Part shown: piece by piece, positions 25,665 to 35,845 of the stretch | Layout of the letters: the number at the start of each line of letters is the position of its first letter | Position numbering within the stretch: position 1 is the stretch's first letter | DNA from: Oikopleura dioica | Lineage: Eukaryota; Animalia; Chordata | DNA length: 64,000 bases | Assembly: GCA_907165135.1 (NCBI GenBank) | Contig: CAJRAX010000010.1 | Span: 4,434 to 68,433 of the forward strand | Direction of reading: 5' to 3' | Notes under the pieces: generated by a model | The model's input: the letters and a program-made list of their open reading frames with translations, nothing else | The model's database searches: none | What the model was told of the DNA's origin: nothing | Position numbers and translations under genes: made by a program

Positions 25665-28600
25665 TCATATTTCAGTTTCAAAGTCTGGAAGAAAAACAAG
25701 AACATTTTTACGCATCGGATGATTTGGAAATTTCTTAAGCAATTCCGTTTCGATAGATGCCTGTAAAATTGTTTTTGAGCAGTTTTGAAATTTACATGGT
25801 AAGTCATAAAATGCGCATACAGTTTTTAGCTCGGGGACAGTAAGTTCGTACAACGTTCGCTCTTTTTGCACTCTAAAGACCGCAAAAAAAAGAAGTTGTC
25901 CGTTTCTCGATTTACGCCAATTCGGATATTCTCTACGAATAGTTTCCTTCACTTTTATCTGAAGTTTTGCCCTTGATTCCTCAAGATCAAAGTCCTGATT
26001 CATTTTAAAAAGAATGAATAAAAGAGAGTCTCTTGTTAATTCGTTCAGTTTGATAAATATGCCATTTTCAACATAGGTCTCCTCTATGTCGTCTGTATTT
26101 TTCCATTTATCATTTAGATGTTCGAAAAAGTCAAGATCATGATTTTCCATTTTAATTAAAATTGACATGTTTTCCAAATTATTTTCAACTGTAAATTTAG
26201 CAATTTTTCGCTCGACAACGGAATCATCAGATCTTTCCCTTCTACGTTTTAGAGCAACTAGCGGATCAATTTCGGGCAATTTATCGTACGATGTCAAATT
26301 AACAGAGAGCTCAGAATCAGAACTTGATTTCTCGGAATCAAGCACAATGTCTGATCCATTTCCTACTTGATTCAAATCAGGTTGTTGATTTCGATAAATT
26401 TTTGGTAATGGCATTTCTATCAAAAGAGTCGATGAGGATGAAAAATTATCTGGTTCTGAAGAAGAACTAGACCGCTCCCGATAAGGTTCCGATTGTAAAG
26501 ACTGATCTGACATTTCGGAGGATAAAGATTCATGCGCTATTTCCGATTCTTTTTCTGTAGAGAAATTTTTCGCAAACCGACCAAGGGAATCCCTCGAAAA
26601 AAGACAATCGTCGGAAAAAAATTCGAAAAGCTCGAGATCATTTTCTTGTACTTTTGTCACAATCTTGGGGTACTTTTCAACATCATTATTCGTCTCATAA
26701 GTTAAATTCCGCTGAGAATAACTTTTTATATGCTCTGCATGTCGCCGAAATTCGTCCTTATCATTTTTAACAGTGTACCACAGGCCACTCGGGGATTTAA
26801 ACGTAACTTCATAAGGACCAATAAATGGAGGGAATTTTTCGCGGAAATTTTTGATAAGAATTTTATCGCCTAAATTATATTCTTTGAACCGGGGATTATC
26901 AAATTTGTTCATTCTTTTTTGTTTTTCTTGTTCAATTTTTGCACGAATTTTCTCAAAATCAACGTCGATTTTATCTCCGTATGTTCGCCAATAAGGGTCT
27001 TGAAAATGATGACTGCTTTTTATACCAGTTTCTACACAAAATGGGGTTGTTCCGAGTACTGTATGTAGACTACTGTTTATTTCGTGAACAATTTCAAACA
27101 GAAAAATATCCCAATTCACCCAATTTGAACGAGCCCTAAGCCTGGCTTTTATGGTTCTATTGACGTTTTCAACTTGCCCATTAGATTGGGGATGGCGCGG
27201 GGGAATATAATGCACACCAATTTTGTTTTCTTTCAAAAATTTTTCAATCAAAACGTGTTCCTTCGCGTTATCTAAAACCATATATTTTGGAAATTTTGGA
27301 TTTCTAAATAATACGCTTCGAAATTTTTGCAGTAAATAATCCGATTTTTTGCAAGATAAGGGCTCCGCATAAACTTTTTTGCTGAAACCGTCAATAACCA
27401 CCATTACATATTTATGACCAAAATCAGTTTCTTGAAGTGGGCCGATTAAATCGAAGTACAAAATTTCAAAAGGGCCGCTTGGTGTTTCAGATTTACCTAA
27501 GGGAGGTTTGTTAGGCTGTAAATTTGGTTTTGAAATTTGACATTTGTGACATGATTTAATAAAGCTCGCGACTGTGTTTTTTAATCCCGGCCAAAAATAC
27601 TTTCTACAAATTTTTTCGGCTGTTATATCGATTCCAAAATGAGAATGATCATGATATTCGCTGCAAATTGTCTCTGTCAAAGCCTCGGGGACGCAAAATC
27701 TTTTTTGATATGCTGGAGAGTTTATTGCTAGTTCCCCGGACTCAAGAATTTCAAGGTCAGGTCTACGTAAAAAATATGGGTAAAGCTCACTAGCTGGGTT
27801 ATTTGGCCATCTATCAATTTTAACGAAACGTCTTACTTGTGATAATACTCGGTCAGATTTTTGAAACTCAACAAATGATTCAGGGGTAAACTCTATTTGA
27901 TTGATTGAACAATTTAATGTATTACGACTAAGGCAATCACTTATTTTCATTTGATGAGTTTTTCTTTGTTCAATTCGAAATGAAAATCCCTGAAGCTCCG
28001 TAAACCATCTTTGAATTTTTAAATTACTTGTCTTGAAGGATTGAGCGTATTTTACGCAAGAATTATCAGTAATCCAAAGAAAATCGACATAAGCAAGATA
28101 AGCTCTCCATCGTTCCATACATGTTTTCCCACTATATAGCTCTTTTTCCAATGTCCCGTATTTTTGTTGTGCCGGCGTAAAATTTAGCGAGTGGTAAGCT
28201 ATCGGTTGCAAGCAATTATGCGAATGATGGTGATCTTTATTTCGCTCCGCGCAAAGATAAAGAACTCCACCAAGACTATGGTTGGATGCGTCAGTCTCAA
28301 GTACAAAAACACCGTTATTTAGTGGGGGGATTTTGAGCTCCAGAGTATTATGGCAGATGATACTTTTGAGCTTTTCGAGTGAAATCGTCGCCTCTTTTGT
28401 CCAACAAAATGAACCTCTGTACGTTTTTGAAATTTCCACTCCCAGGGGTGCAAAATTTTTAATAAATTTTCTGTGCTGCGAAAGAAGTCCGAAAAGTGAT
28501 TGTGCCTCCTCTCGGTTTCTTGGAATAGAAAGATTTTTAACCGCTTCGATCTTGTCCTGTGATGGCCGTATTCTCCCGTTAAAAATTTCAAATCCCAAAA

Positions 28601-30038
28601 TGCATGCTTTTCGCTCAAAAAAACTCGCTTTGTCAATATTTATCCGTAAATTATTTTGATCTAAAATTTGAAAAAATTTAGATAAATTGGCTAGGTGTTC
28701 CTCCTCTGTTCTTGAATGGACCACTAGATCGTCAAGATATGCGCAAATTTGAGTTTTTGGCGTGTCTCGTAAAATAACATCCATGCATTTTGCGAAATGA
28801 ATAGGGGCATTTTTAAGACCCATCGGAAGCCTTTTCCAAGTAAATTGTCCGTCTTCAGTCGAGAAAGCTAGTTTTTCTCGCGATTTCTCATCCACGAGAC
28901 ACTGATGAAATCCTTTGCGCAAATCAACGCAAGAAAAAATAAGGCTATTTTCTAAAAACCCTAAAACGTCCTCAATTTGTTGCAGCGGATGATGCTGCTG
29001 AAGCGTAAATGAATTTAATTTCCTGTAATCAATACACAGTCTGAATGTACCGTTACGTTTTCTTACGAGTAACGCGGGGCTATTATAGGGTGAATTTATT
29101 CGCATTATTATGTCTTGACCAAGGTAGGACGTAAGAGTACCGGTCATTACTCCCCGCAAAGCATATGGCGTTCTGTACATATTGCTACAAATCGGGCGAT
29201 CAGTCTCAAGTTCAATCGAAAATTTTTCAAGGTTCGAGACAGGCAAATCATCGTCCTCGTCTTGAAATAAATGGGTATACACACCAAGAAGATCAAAAAA
29301 TTTTGGCTGATTGTTTTTCGATACATCGCCTATTTTTAACCGCGAAAGAAGAAAATTAAGATCTTTTTTTGAGGGCTTTATGCACGCGATCTCAGCTATT
29401 TCTGCCAGTTTCGCAAAAGCCGTGCCAGCAGGAATTTTCACTGTAGAATTCAGGGGATTTATAATAAGAATACGAAAAAATGGAGATTCGGGATCAACTC
29501 TCTGAAATGATTCTATTAATTCGAGCTTCGAATTTTTGAGCTGGCTTTTTTCTAAAAAAAGGTTCATTGATCTGTTCAAATGAGGAATTTTCAAGTCGAT
29601 TATTTGCTCACTTTTGCCTCGAAATGTGAAATTTTGTTCAGAAACGGCATAAAAACTGTCTTGCTCAATGTTATTTACTGTTGGGCTTTGTGATGAATTA
29701 TTACATAAATTTGCCATACGCTCGATAGGACCAGATTTAAATAGACGATTACGATGAAGATTGATCATTATTTCATTAGATTTCAGTGCTTCCGAACCGA
29801 GAATTGCCTCACAATTGTCATTTACAATATAAAATCGCGATTTACCCCACTTTTCCGTTTTAACATGAAAATCACATTCAACAAAACCAAGAATTTCAAT
29901 ACTTCCTCCACCATAATTTTTAGCAAAAATATCAGGGGCTTGAATTTTAACGTTATCGGGAATAAATGATTTAGGCAAAAGATTAAGTTGGGAACCTGAA
30001 TCGACAAGCATTTTTATTTTCTTTGAAAAAATTATCAT
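25665..30038 (-). CDS. pol: Pol polyprotein (PR-RT-RNase H-IN plus C-terminal extension), probably expressed as Gag-Pol; frame is open upstream to 30170
   Basis: 1457 aa ORF: LVDSGS protease, YLDD RT, LETDAS RNase H, HDHSH..CHKC zinc finger, D-D-E integrase (YFDLIGP, LDNA, NGQVE), GPY motif (FIGPY). Confidence 0.97.
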   Translation of the reverse strand: MIIFSKKIKMLVDSGSQLNLLPKSFIPDNVKIQAPDIFAKNYGGGSIEILGFVECDFHVKTEKWGKSRFYIVNDNCEAILGSEALKSNEIMINLHRNRLFKSGPIERMANLCNNSSQSPTVNNIEQDSFYAVSEQNFTFRGKSEQIIDLKIPHLNRSMNLFLEKSQLKNSKLELIESFQRVDPESPFFRILIINPLNSTVKIPAGTAFAKLAEIAEIACIKPSKKDLNFLLSRLKIGDVSKNNQPKFFDLLGVYTHLFQDEDDDLPVSNLEKFSIELETDRPICSNMYRTPYALRGVMTGTLTSYLGQDIIMRINSPYNSPALLVRKRNGTFRLCIDYRKLNSFTLQQHHPLQQIEDVLGFLENSLIFSCVDLRKGFHQCLVDEKSREKLAFSTEDGQFTWKRLPMGLKNAPIHFAKCMDVILRDTPKTQICAYLDDLVVHSRTEEEHLANLSKFFQILDQNNLRINIDKASFFERKACILGFEIFNGRIRPSQDKIEAVKNLSIPRNREEAQSLFGLLSQHRKFIKNFAPLGVEISKTYRGSFCWTKEATISLEKLKSIICHNTLELKIPPLNNGVFVLETDASNHSLGGVLYLCAERNKDHHHSHNCLQPIAYHSLNFTPAQQKYGTLEKELYSGKTCMERWRAYLAYVDFLWITDNSCVKYAQSFKTSNLKIQRWFTELQGFSFRIEQRKTHQMKISDCLSRNTLNCSINQIEFTPESFVEFQKSDRVLSQVRRFVKIDRWPNNPASELYPYFLRRPDLEILESGELAINSPAYQKRFCVPEALTETICSEYHDHSHFGIDITAEKICRKYFWPGLKNTVASFIKSCHKCQISKPNLQPNKPPLGKSETPSGPFEILYFDLIGPLQETDFGHKYVMVVIDGFSKKVYAEPLSCKKSDYLLQKFRSVLFRNPKFPKYMVLDNAKEHVLIEKFLKENKIGVHYIPPRHPQSNGQVENVNRTIKARLRARSNWVNWDIFLFEIVHEINSSLHTVLGTTPFCVETGIKSSHHFQDPYWRTYGDKIDVDFEKIRAKIEQEKQKRMNKFDNPRFKEYNLGDKILIKNFREKFPPFIGPYEVTFKSPSGLWYTVKNDKDEFRRHAEHIKSYSQRNLTYETNNDVEKYPKIVTKVQENDLELFEFFSDDCLFSRDSLGRFAKNFSTEKESEIAHESLSSEMSDQSLQSEPYRERSSSSSEPDNFSSSSTLLIEMPLPKIYRNQQPDLNQVGNGSDIVLDSEKSSSDSELSVNLTSYDKLPEIDPLVALKRRRERSDDSVVERKIAKFTVENNLENMSILIKMENHDLDFFEHLNDKWKNTDDIEETYVENGIFIKLNELTRDSLLFILFKMNQDFDLEESRAKLQIKVKETIRREYPNWRKSRNGQLLFFAVFRVQKERTLYELTVPELKTVCAFYDLPCKFQNCSKTILQASIETELLKKFPNHPMRKNVLVFLPDFETEI

Positions 30039-30084
30039 TTCTACAAAATATTGTAATCCAATGCGAAAAATTGAACAAGTTCTT

Positions 30085-30131
30085 GGAACTGGTGCCTGAC
30101 CAGGGCTTTCAGTTCCATTTACTCGTTTTTT
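30085..30131 (-). promoter_or_regulatory. -1 programmed ribosomal frameshift signal (gag-pol) of A
   Basis: A AAA AAC heptamer in gag frame (30131-30125), 8-nt spacer, stem GGAACTG/CAGTTCC; pol is in the -1 frame and open across the site. Confidence 0.8.
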
Positions 30132-31291
30132 GAAGTTTCCTCTCCCTCGATCCGAGCAGCTCTGTAAATTCTATCGGGATTATCGGGACAAGCCGTTTTC
30201 ATGTGGCCTTTTTTCTGACAAAAGTGGCAGGTAATAAAGGGGCAATGTGATCTAAAATGAGTGTCTGTGTTACAAAATCCACAAAATCGTCGAGGCCTTG
30301 GCCGATCCGAATTCGGCGCGCCCAAATTTCGACTTTGAAAATTCCGTTGCTGGTTATTTTGGCGCGTCAAACTCTGATCGTTGCGGCGATCAACTTCTAA
30401 TTTTGCAATTGTTGCCGTTAGTTTTTCAATTTGATCATGAAGCGCACACGCCCGTTTTTCCGCCGCCTCTTCTGATTTTTTCTGTTCAATTTTCAATTGA
30501 GAAATTTGGTCCTCGAAGGACATTGTCGATTTCGAAATTAAGTCAGAAGTCGACTGAAAAAACGAGCCAAGTTTCGCGTCAATTTCGATTTGGGCAATTT
30601 TGGGGATAGTTTCATTTCGTTTTCTTTTGTCAAGAAATTTGGATATTTCCTCGGGGGTTTTTTCAAGCATACACTGATCGCGAAGAAAATTCTGCAGTTC
30701 AGGCGTGAGCGATTTTCTAAATTGCGCGTCGATAATGTATTCTCTCGCGTCCGGTTTTTGCGTTATTTTCTCCGCGACTGTTTTAACACGTGACAAAAAA
30801 ATCTCGAATTTTTCATTGTTCTCGCTCTTTCGGGCGAGATTTTCCATTTTTTCTTTGTTTCGAAGGATTTTTTCCTCGGGCGATTCGTCGCCAAAAACAG
30901 ACGTCAAAAAAGACAATTTTTCCTCAGCTGATTCAAATCCATAAAGATCTTCCCCGTATTCCCTAAGAAATTCGGGCTCGCATGAATTGTAAACAAAAGA
31001 ACTTGAAAGGCGCGAAAATTGAGCCTCGAGGTCCTCTTTGTTTTCGGGTTTATTTTCCGCGAGAGATTTTTCAAAAATCCATTTTGCTCGCTGTAATTTG
31101 TCTTTTATTGTGGAATTAATCAAATTAAATTCAAAATTTCTCATTCCTAATCTTATCATTTGATTCGGGGAAACAGAAAAAAGCGCATGACTCTTGTACA
31201 GTACCTCTTCAGGAGTTGGGGTCACCATGATACGGAAGCGGCTGTCCTGCAAGAATTTTGCTCGATCTCTAACTCTAGAATGCCAAGCCAA
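30119..31291 (-). CDS. gag: Gag with two CCHC zinc knuckles; alternative start at ATG 31228
   Basis: 390 aa ORF; CGFCNTDTHFRSHC and CHFCQKKGHMKTAC (CX2CX4HX4C); alignable by eye to gag of element B. Confidence 0.93.
   Translation of the reverse strand: MAWHSRVRDRAKFLQDSRFRIMVTPTPEEVLYKSHALFSVSPNQMIRLGMRNFEFNLINSTIKDKLQRAKWIFEKSLAENKPENKEDLEAQFSRLSSSFVYNSCEPEFLREYGEDLYGFESAEEKLSFLTSVFGDESPEEKILRNKEKMENLARKSENNEKFEIFLSRVKTVAEKITQKPDAREYIIDAQFRKSLTPELQNFLRDQCMLEKTPEEISKFLDKRKRNETIPKIAQIEIDAKLGSFFQSTSDLISKSTMSFEDQISQLKIEQKKSEEAAEKRACALHDQIEKLTATIAKLEVDRRNDQSLTRQNNQQRNFQSRNLGAPNSDRPRPRRFCGFCNTDTHFRSHCPFITCHFCQKKGHMKTACPDNPDRIYRAARIEGEETSKNE
31215..31227 (-). promoter_or_regulatory. Primer binding site, tRNA-Trp-like (copy A2)
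   Basis: TGGTGACCCCAAC immediately after the LTR terminal TATCA on the minus strand. Confidence 0.75.
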
Positions 31292-32525
31292 AACAACGAG
31301 AATTAAATTTAAAATTTGCGTGGTTTTATTTGTGATTTGAATGACGGAAAAAGGCGCGACGCGGGGTTAAATAGCAGCGAGATTCGATCAGTGTTTTTGA
31401 ACAAGCGGTTGTTTTTGAAAAACAATTTTTCTTTCGAAAACAAGGAAGAGAGCCCGTGGCTTCTTTTAGCGGTTTTTCTTGCGGGAAATCCTTTCGGATC
31501 GATTTCTTTTCGGAAGAGGAGCTGGTCGAACTTGCCAAGCAAGTTATTTTCAAAGGTTTTGGGAGCCGGCGCCGCGCGTGACGAGATAAAACGCAAATTA
31601 ATTATTTTTTTCATAATAAAAAGCAGAAAATAATAACAGCCACTTAAACTTCTCACTATGTGACCGTAGAAGTGACTGTTAATTATGATTGAAATAAATA
31701 AAGGATGAGAAAAGTAAAAGAATATATACAAAATTTTAACAAATAAATTGAATAAAATTTGGTCAGGATTTTATAAAATAAATTTATCAAAATTGAAATC
31801 ATAGAAGAAGCAAATTCCAAGGAACATACCCGGGGGAAGTTACTGTCGCGGTTCGCACCGTATCTTCTCTTACGGATGAGCTAATTTGCGACAAGCGGAC
31901 GCACTGACAGAGAGTTTGTCCGACCCCACGGCACCGAGATGATACGACGGTTTATCGGCTCGTTGGAGTAGTTGTTTTTGAAGAAGATGTTGACGGCTAT
32001 CTTGTTGTAGAAGTTGAATCGTATGAACTGTCAATAATCGAACTTTAAAAATCGCAAAGCAATGACAAGAAATATCAAGAAATAAAATAAACATGCGGTT
32101 TTGCGAATTGCATATTTTTGGATGAATTGACGTCAGATCGCACTAGAATAGTCAGAAACGAATTAAGATTTTTCCAAAGTATGCGTACATACACCTTAAT
32201 CCTAGACTGAATGAACCCTTAATTAGTTTCCGACCCGTTGATTATGATGAGAGCATATGAGCATTCCAATGGTAAAACGTATAGATCGTAAGGAGATGAC
32301 ATGATGATACGACAATTTTGGGTCAATCTGGCTCGTAAAAACTGACCATCTTTTCATTTTGAGTAGAATATCGTGAAATGATTTTTTGCAAATATGTCGG
32401 ATCAATTTGGTGATACCAAGCTGACAAGACAAATTTAAACCAACGTAGAACCGAATTGGCGTAAATATTTGGCCGTGAAATAAAATTTTTTATTTGGCTT
32501 GAGGCGTTGTTCCCTAAGGATATCA
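31228..32525 (-). repeat. 5' LTR of A2
   Basis: 1298 bp, TGATA...TATCA, followed on the minus strand by the PBS. Confidence 0.96.
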
Positions 32526-35500
32526 GAAAACGCCAAAAAACGCATCAGAATTTCCTTAATTTTTTTCGATTTTTTTGAACTGTAAATTATCTGAAAACGC
32601 AAAAAACGCATCAGAATTTTTTTTATTTTTTTTCGATTTTTATGAACTGTAAATCATCTGAAAACGCCAAAAAACGCATCAGAATTTTTTTTATTTTTTT
32701 TTTATTTTTATGAAATGTAAATCATCTGAAAACGCCAAAAACGCATCAGAATTTTTCTTCTTTTTTTATTTTTATGAAGTGTAAATCATCTGGAAACACC
32801 AAAAACGCATCAGAATTTTTTTCTATTTTTTTCATTTTTATGAACTGTAAATCATCTGAAAACGCCAAAATACGCATCGGAATTTATATTCATTTTTTTT
32901 TTATTTTTATGAACTGTAAATCATCTGAAAACGCCAAAAAACGCATCAAAATTTTTTTTTATTTTTTTTCGATTTTTTTGAACTGTAAATTATCTGAAAA
33001 CGCAAAAAAACGCATCAGAATTTTTTTTTATTTTTTTTTTATTTCTATGAACTGTAAATCATCTGAAAACGCCAAAAAACGCATCAGAATTTTTCTTAAT
33101 TTTTTTTTATATTTTTATGAACTGAAAATCATCTGAAAACGCCAAAATACGCATCAGAATTTTTATTAATTTTTTTTTTTATTTTTATGAACTGTTAATC
33201 ATCTGAAAACGCCAAAAAACGCATCAGAATTTTTTTATTTTTTTTCGATTTTTTGAACTGTAAATTATCTGAAAACGCCAAAAAACGCATCAGAATTTTT
33301 TTTTATTTTTTTTATTTTTATGAACTGTAAATCATCTGAAAACGCCAAAACACGCATCAGAATTTTTCTTAATTTTTTTTATATTTTTATGAACTGTAAA
33401 TCATCTGAAAACGCCAAAAAACGCATCAGAATTTTTGTTAATTTTTTTTCATTTTTATGAACTGTAAATCATCTGAAAACGCCAAAAAACGCATCAGAAT
33501 TTCTTAAATTTTTTTATTTTTATGAACTGTAAATCATCTGAAAACGCCAAAAAACGCATCAGAATTTTTTTTTAATTTTTTTTTTTTTATTTTTATGAAT
33601 TGTAAATCATCTGAAAACGCCAAAAAACGCATCAGAATTTTTCTTAATTTTTTCGTTTATTTTTATGAACTGTAAATTATCTGAAAACGCCAAAAAACGC
33701 ATCAGAATTTTTTTTTATTTTCTTTTTTATTTTTTTGAACTGTAAATTATCTGAAAACGCAAAAAAACGCATCAGAATTTCTATTAATTTTTTTTTTTAT
33801 TTAAATGAACTGTAAATCATCTGAAATTGCCAAAAAACGCATCAGAATTTTTCTTAATTTTTTTCGATTTTTCTGAACTGTAAATTATCTGAAAACGCCA
33901 AAAAACGCATCAGAATTTTTCTTAATTTTTTTTTATATTTTTATGAACTGTAAATCATCTGAAAACGCCAAAAAACGCATCAGAATTTTTATTAATTTTT
34001 TTTTATATTTTTATAAACTGTAAATTATCTGAAAACGCCAAAAAATGCATCAGAATTTTTTTTTTATTTTTTTTTGTTATTTAAATGAACTGTAAATCAT
34101 CTAAAAACGCCAAAAAACGCATCAGATTTTTTATTAATTTTTTTTTTTATTTTTATGAACTGTAAATCATCTAAAAACGCCAAAAAACGCATCAGAATTT
34201 TTATTAATTTTTTTTTCGATTTTTTTGAACTGTTAATTATCTGAAAAGGCCAAAAAACGCATCAGAATTTTTATTAATTTTTTTTTTATTTTTATGAACT
34301 GTAAATCATCTGAAAACGCCAAAAAACGCATCAGAATTTTTTTTAATTTTTTTTATATTTTTTTGTACTGTAAATTATCTGGAAACGCCAAAAAACGCAT
34401 CAGAATTTTTATTAATTTTTTTTTTTTATTTTCATGAACTGTAAATCATCTGAAAACGCCAAAAAACGCATCAGAATTTTTCTTAATCTTTTTTTATTTT
34501 TATGAATTGTAAATCATCTGAAAACGCCAAAAAACGCATCTGAATTTCCTTAATTTTTTTCGATTTTTTTGAACTGTAAATTATCTGAAAACGCCAAAAA
34601 ACGCATCAGAATTTTTTTTATTTTTTTTTTATTTTTATGAAATGAAAATCATCTGAAAACGCCAAAAAACGCATCAGAATTTTTTTTATTTTTTTTTTAT
34701 TTTTATGAAATGAAAATCATCTGAAAACGCAAAAAAACGCATCAGAATTTTTCTTCTTTTTTTTTTTTTATGAAGTGTAAATCATCTGGAAACACCAAAA
34801 AACGCATCAGAATTTTTTTTTCATTTTGATGAACTGTAAATCATCTGAAAACGCCAAAGAACGCATCAGAATTTTTTTTATTTTTTTTCGATTTTTTTGA
34901 ACTGTAAATTATCTGAAAACGCCAAAAAACGCATCAGAATTTTTTTAATTTTTTTTTCATTTTTATGAACTGTAAATCATCTGAAAACGCCAAAAAACGC
35001 ATCAGAATTTCCTTAATTTTTTTCGATTTTTTTGAACTGTAAATTATCTGAAAACGCAAAAAAGCATCAGAATTTTTTTATTTTTTCGATTTTTATGAAC
35101 TGTAAATCATCTGAAAACGCCAAAAATCCATCAGAATTTTAATTAATTTTTTATTTTTATGAACTGTAAATCATCTGAAAACGCCAAAAAACGCATCAGA
35201 ATTTTTTTATTTTTTTTATTTTTATGAAATGTAAATCATCTGAAAACGCCAAAAAACGCATCAGAATTTTTCTTTTTTTTATTTTTATGAAGTGTAAATC
35301 ATCTGGAAACACCAAAAAACGCATCAGAATTTTTTTTTATTTTTTTTTTTTCATTTTTATGAACTGTAAATCATCTGAAAACGCCAAAAAACGCATACGA
35401 ATTTATATTCATTTTTTTTTTATTTTTATGAACTGTAAATCATCTGAAAACGCCAAAAAACGCATCAGAATTTTTTTTTATTTTTTTTTTATTTTTATGA

Positions 35501-35845
35501 ACTGTTAATCATCTGAAAACGCCAAAAAACGCATCAGAATTTTTTTTAATTTTTTTACGATTTTTTTGAACTGTAAATTATCTGAAAACGCCAAAAAACG
35601 CATCAGAATTTTTTTTTATTTTTTTTATTTTTATGAACTGTAAATCATTTAAAAACGCCAAAAAACGCATCAGAATTTTTCTTAATTTTTTTTATATTTT
35701 TATGAACTGTAAATCATCTGAAAACGCCAAAAAACGCATCAGAATTTCCTTAATTTTTTTCGATTTTTTTGAACTGTAAATTATCTGAAAACGCAAAAAA
35801 AACGCATCAGAATTTTTTTTATTTTTTTTCGATTTTTATGAACTG
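32526..35845 (+). repeat. Subtelomeric satellite block
   Basis: Same monomer; variant order continues that seen left of A2. Confidence 0.98.

Larger units (their letters stand above)
24320..32525 (-). mobile_element. Full-length Ty3/gypsy LTR retrotransposon, family A (copy A2), apparently intact
   Basis: Two ~1.3-kb LTRs, 5-bp TSD GAAAA (24315-24319 and 32526-32530), PBS, gag, and pol in PR-RT-RH-IN order. Confidence 0.97.

Noticed and set aside
26167-30944. Antisense ORFs within gag/pol of A and B
   Set aside because: Short shadows of the long sense ORFs with no independent evidence
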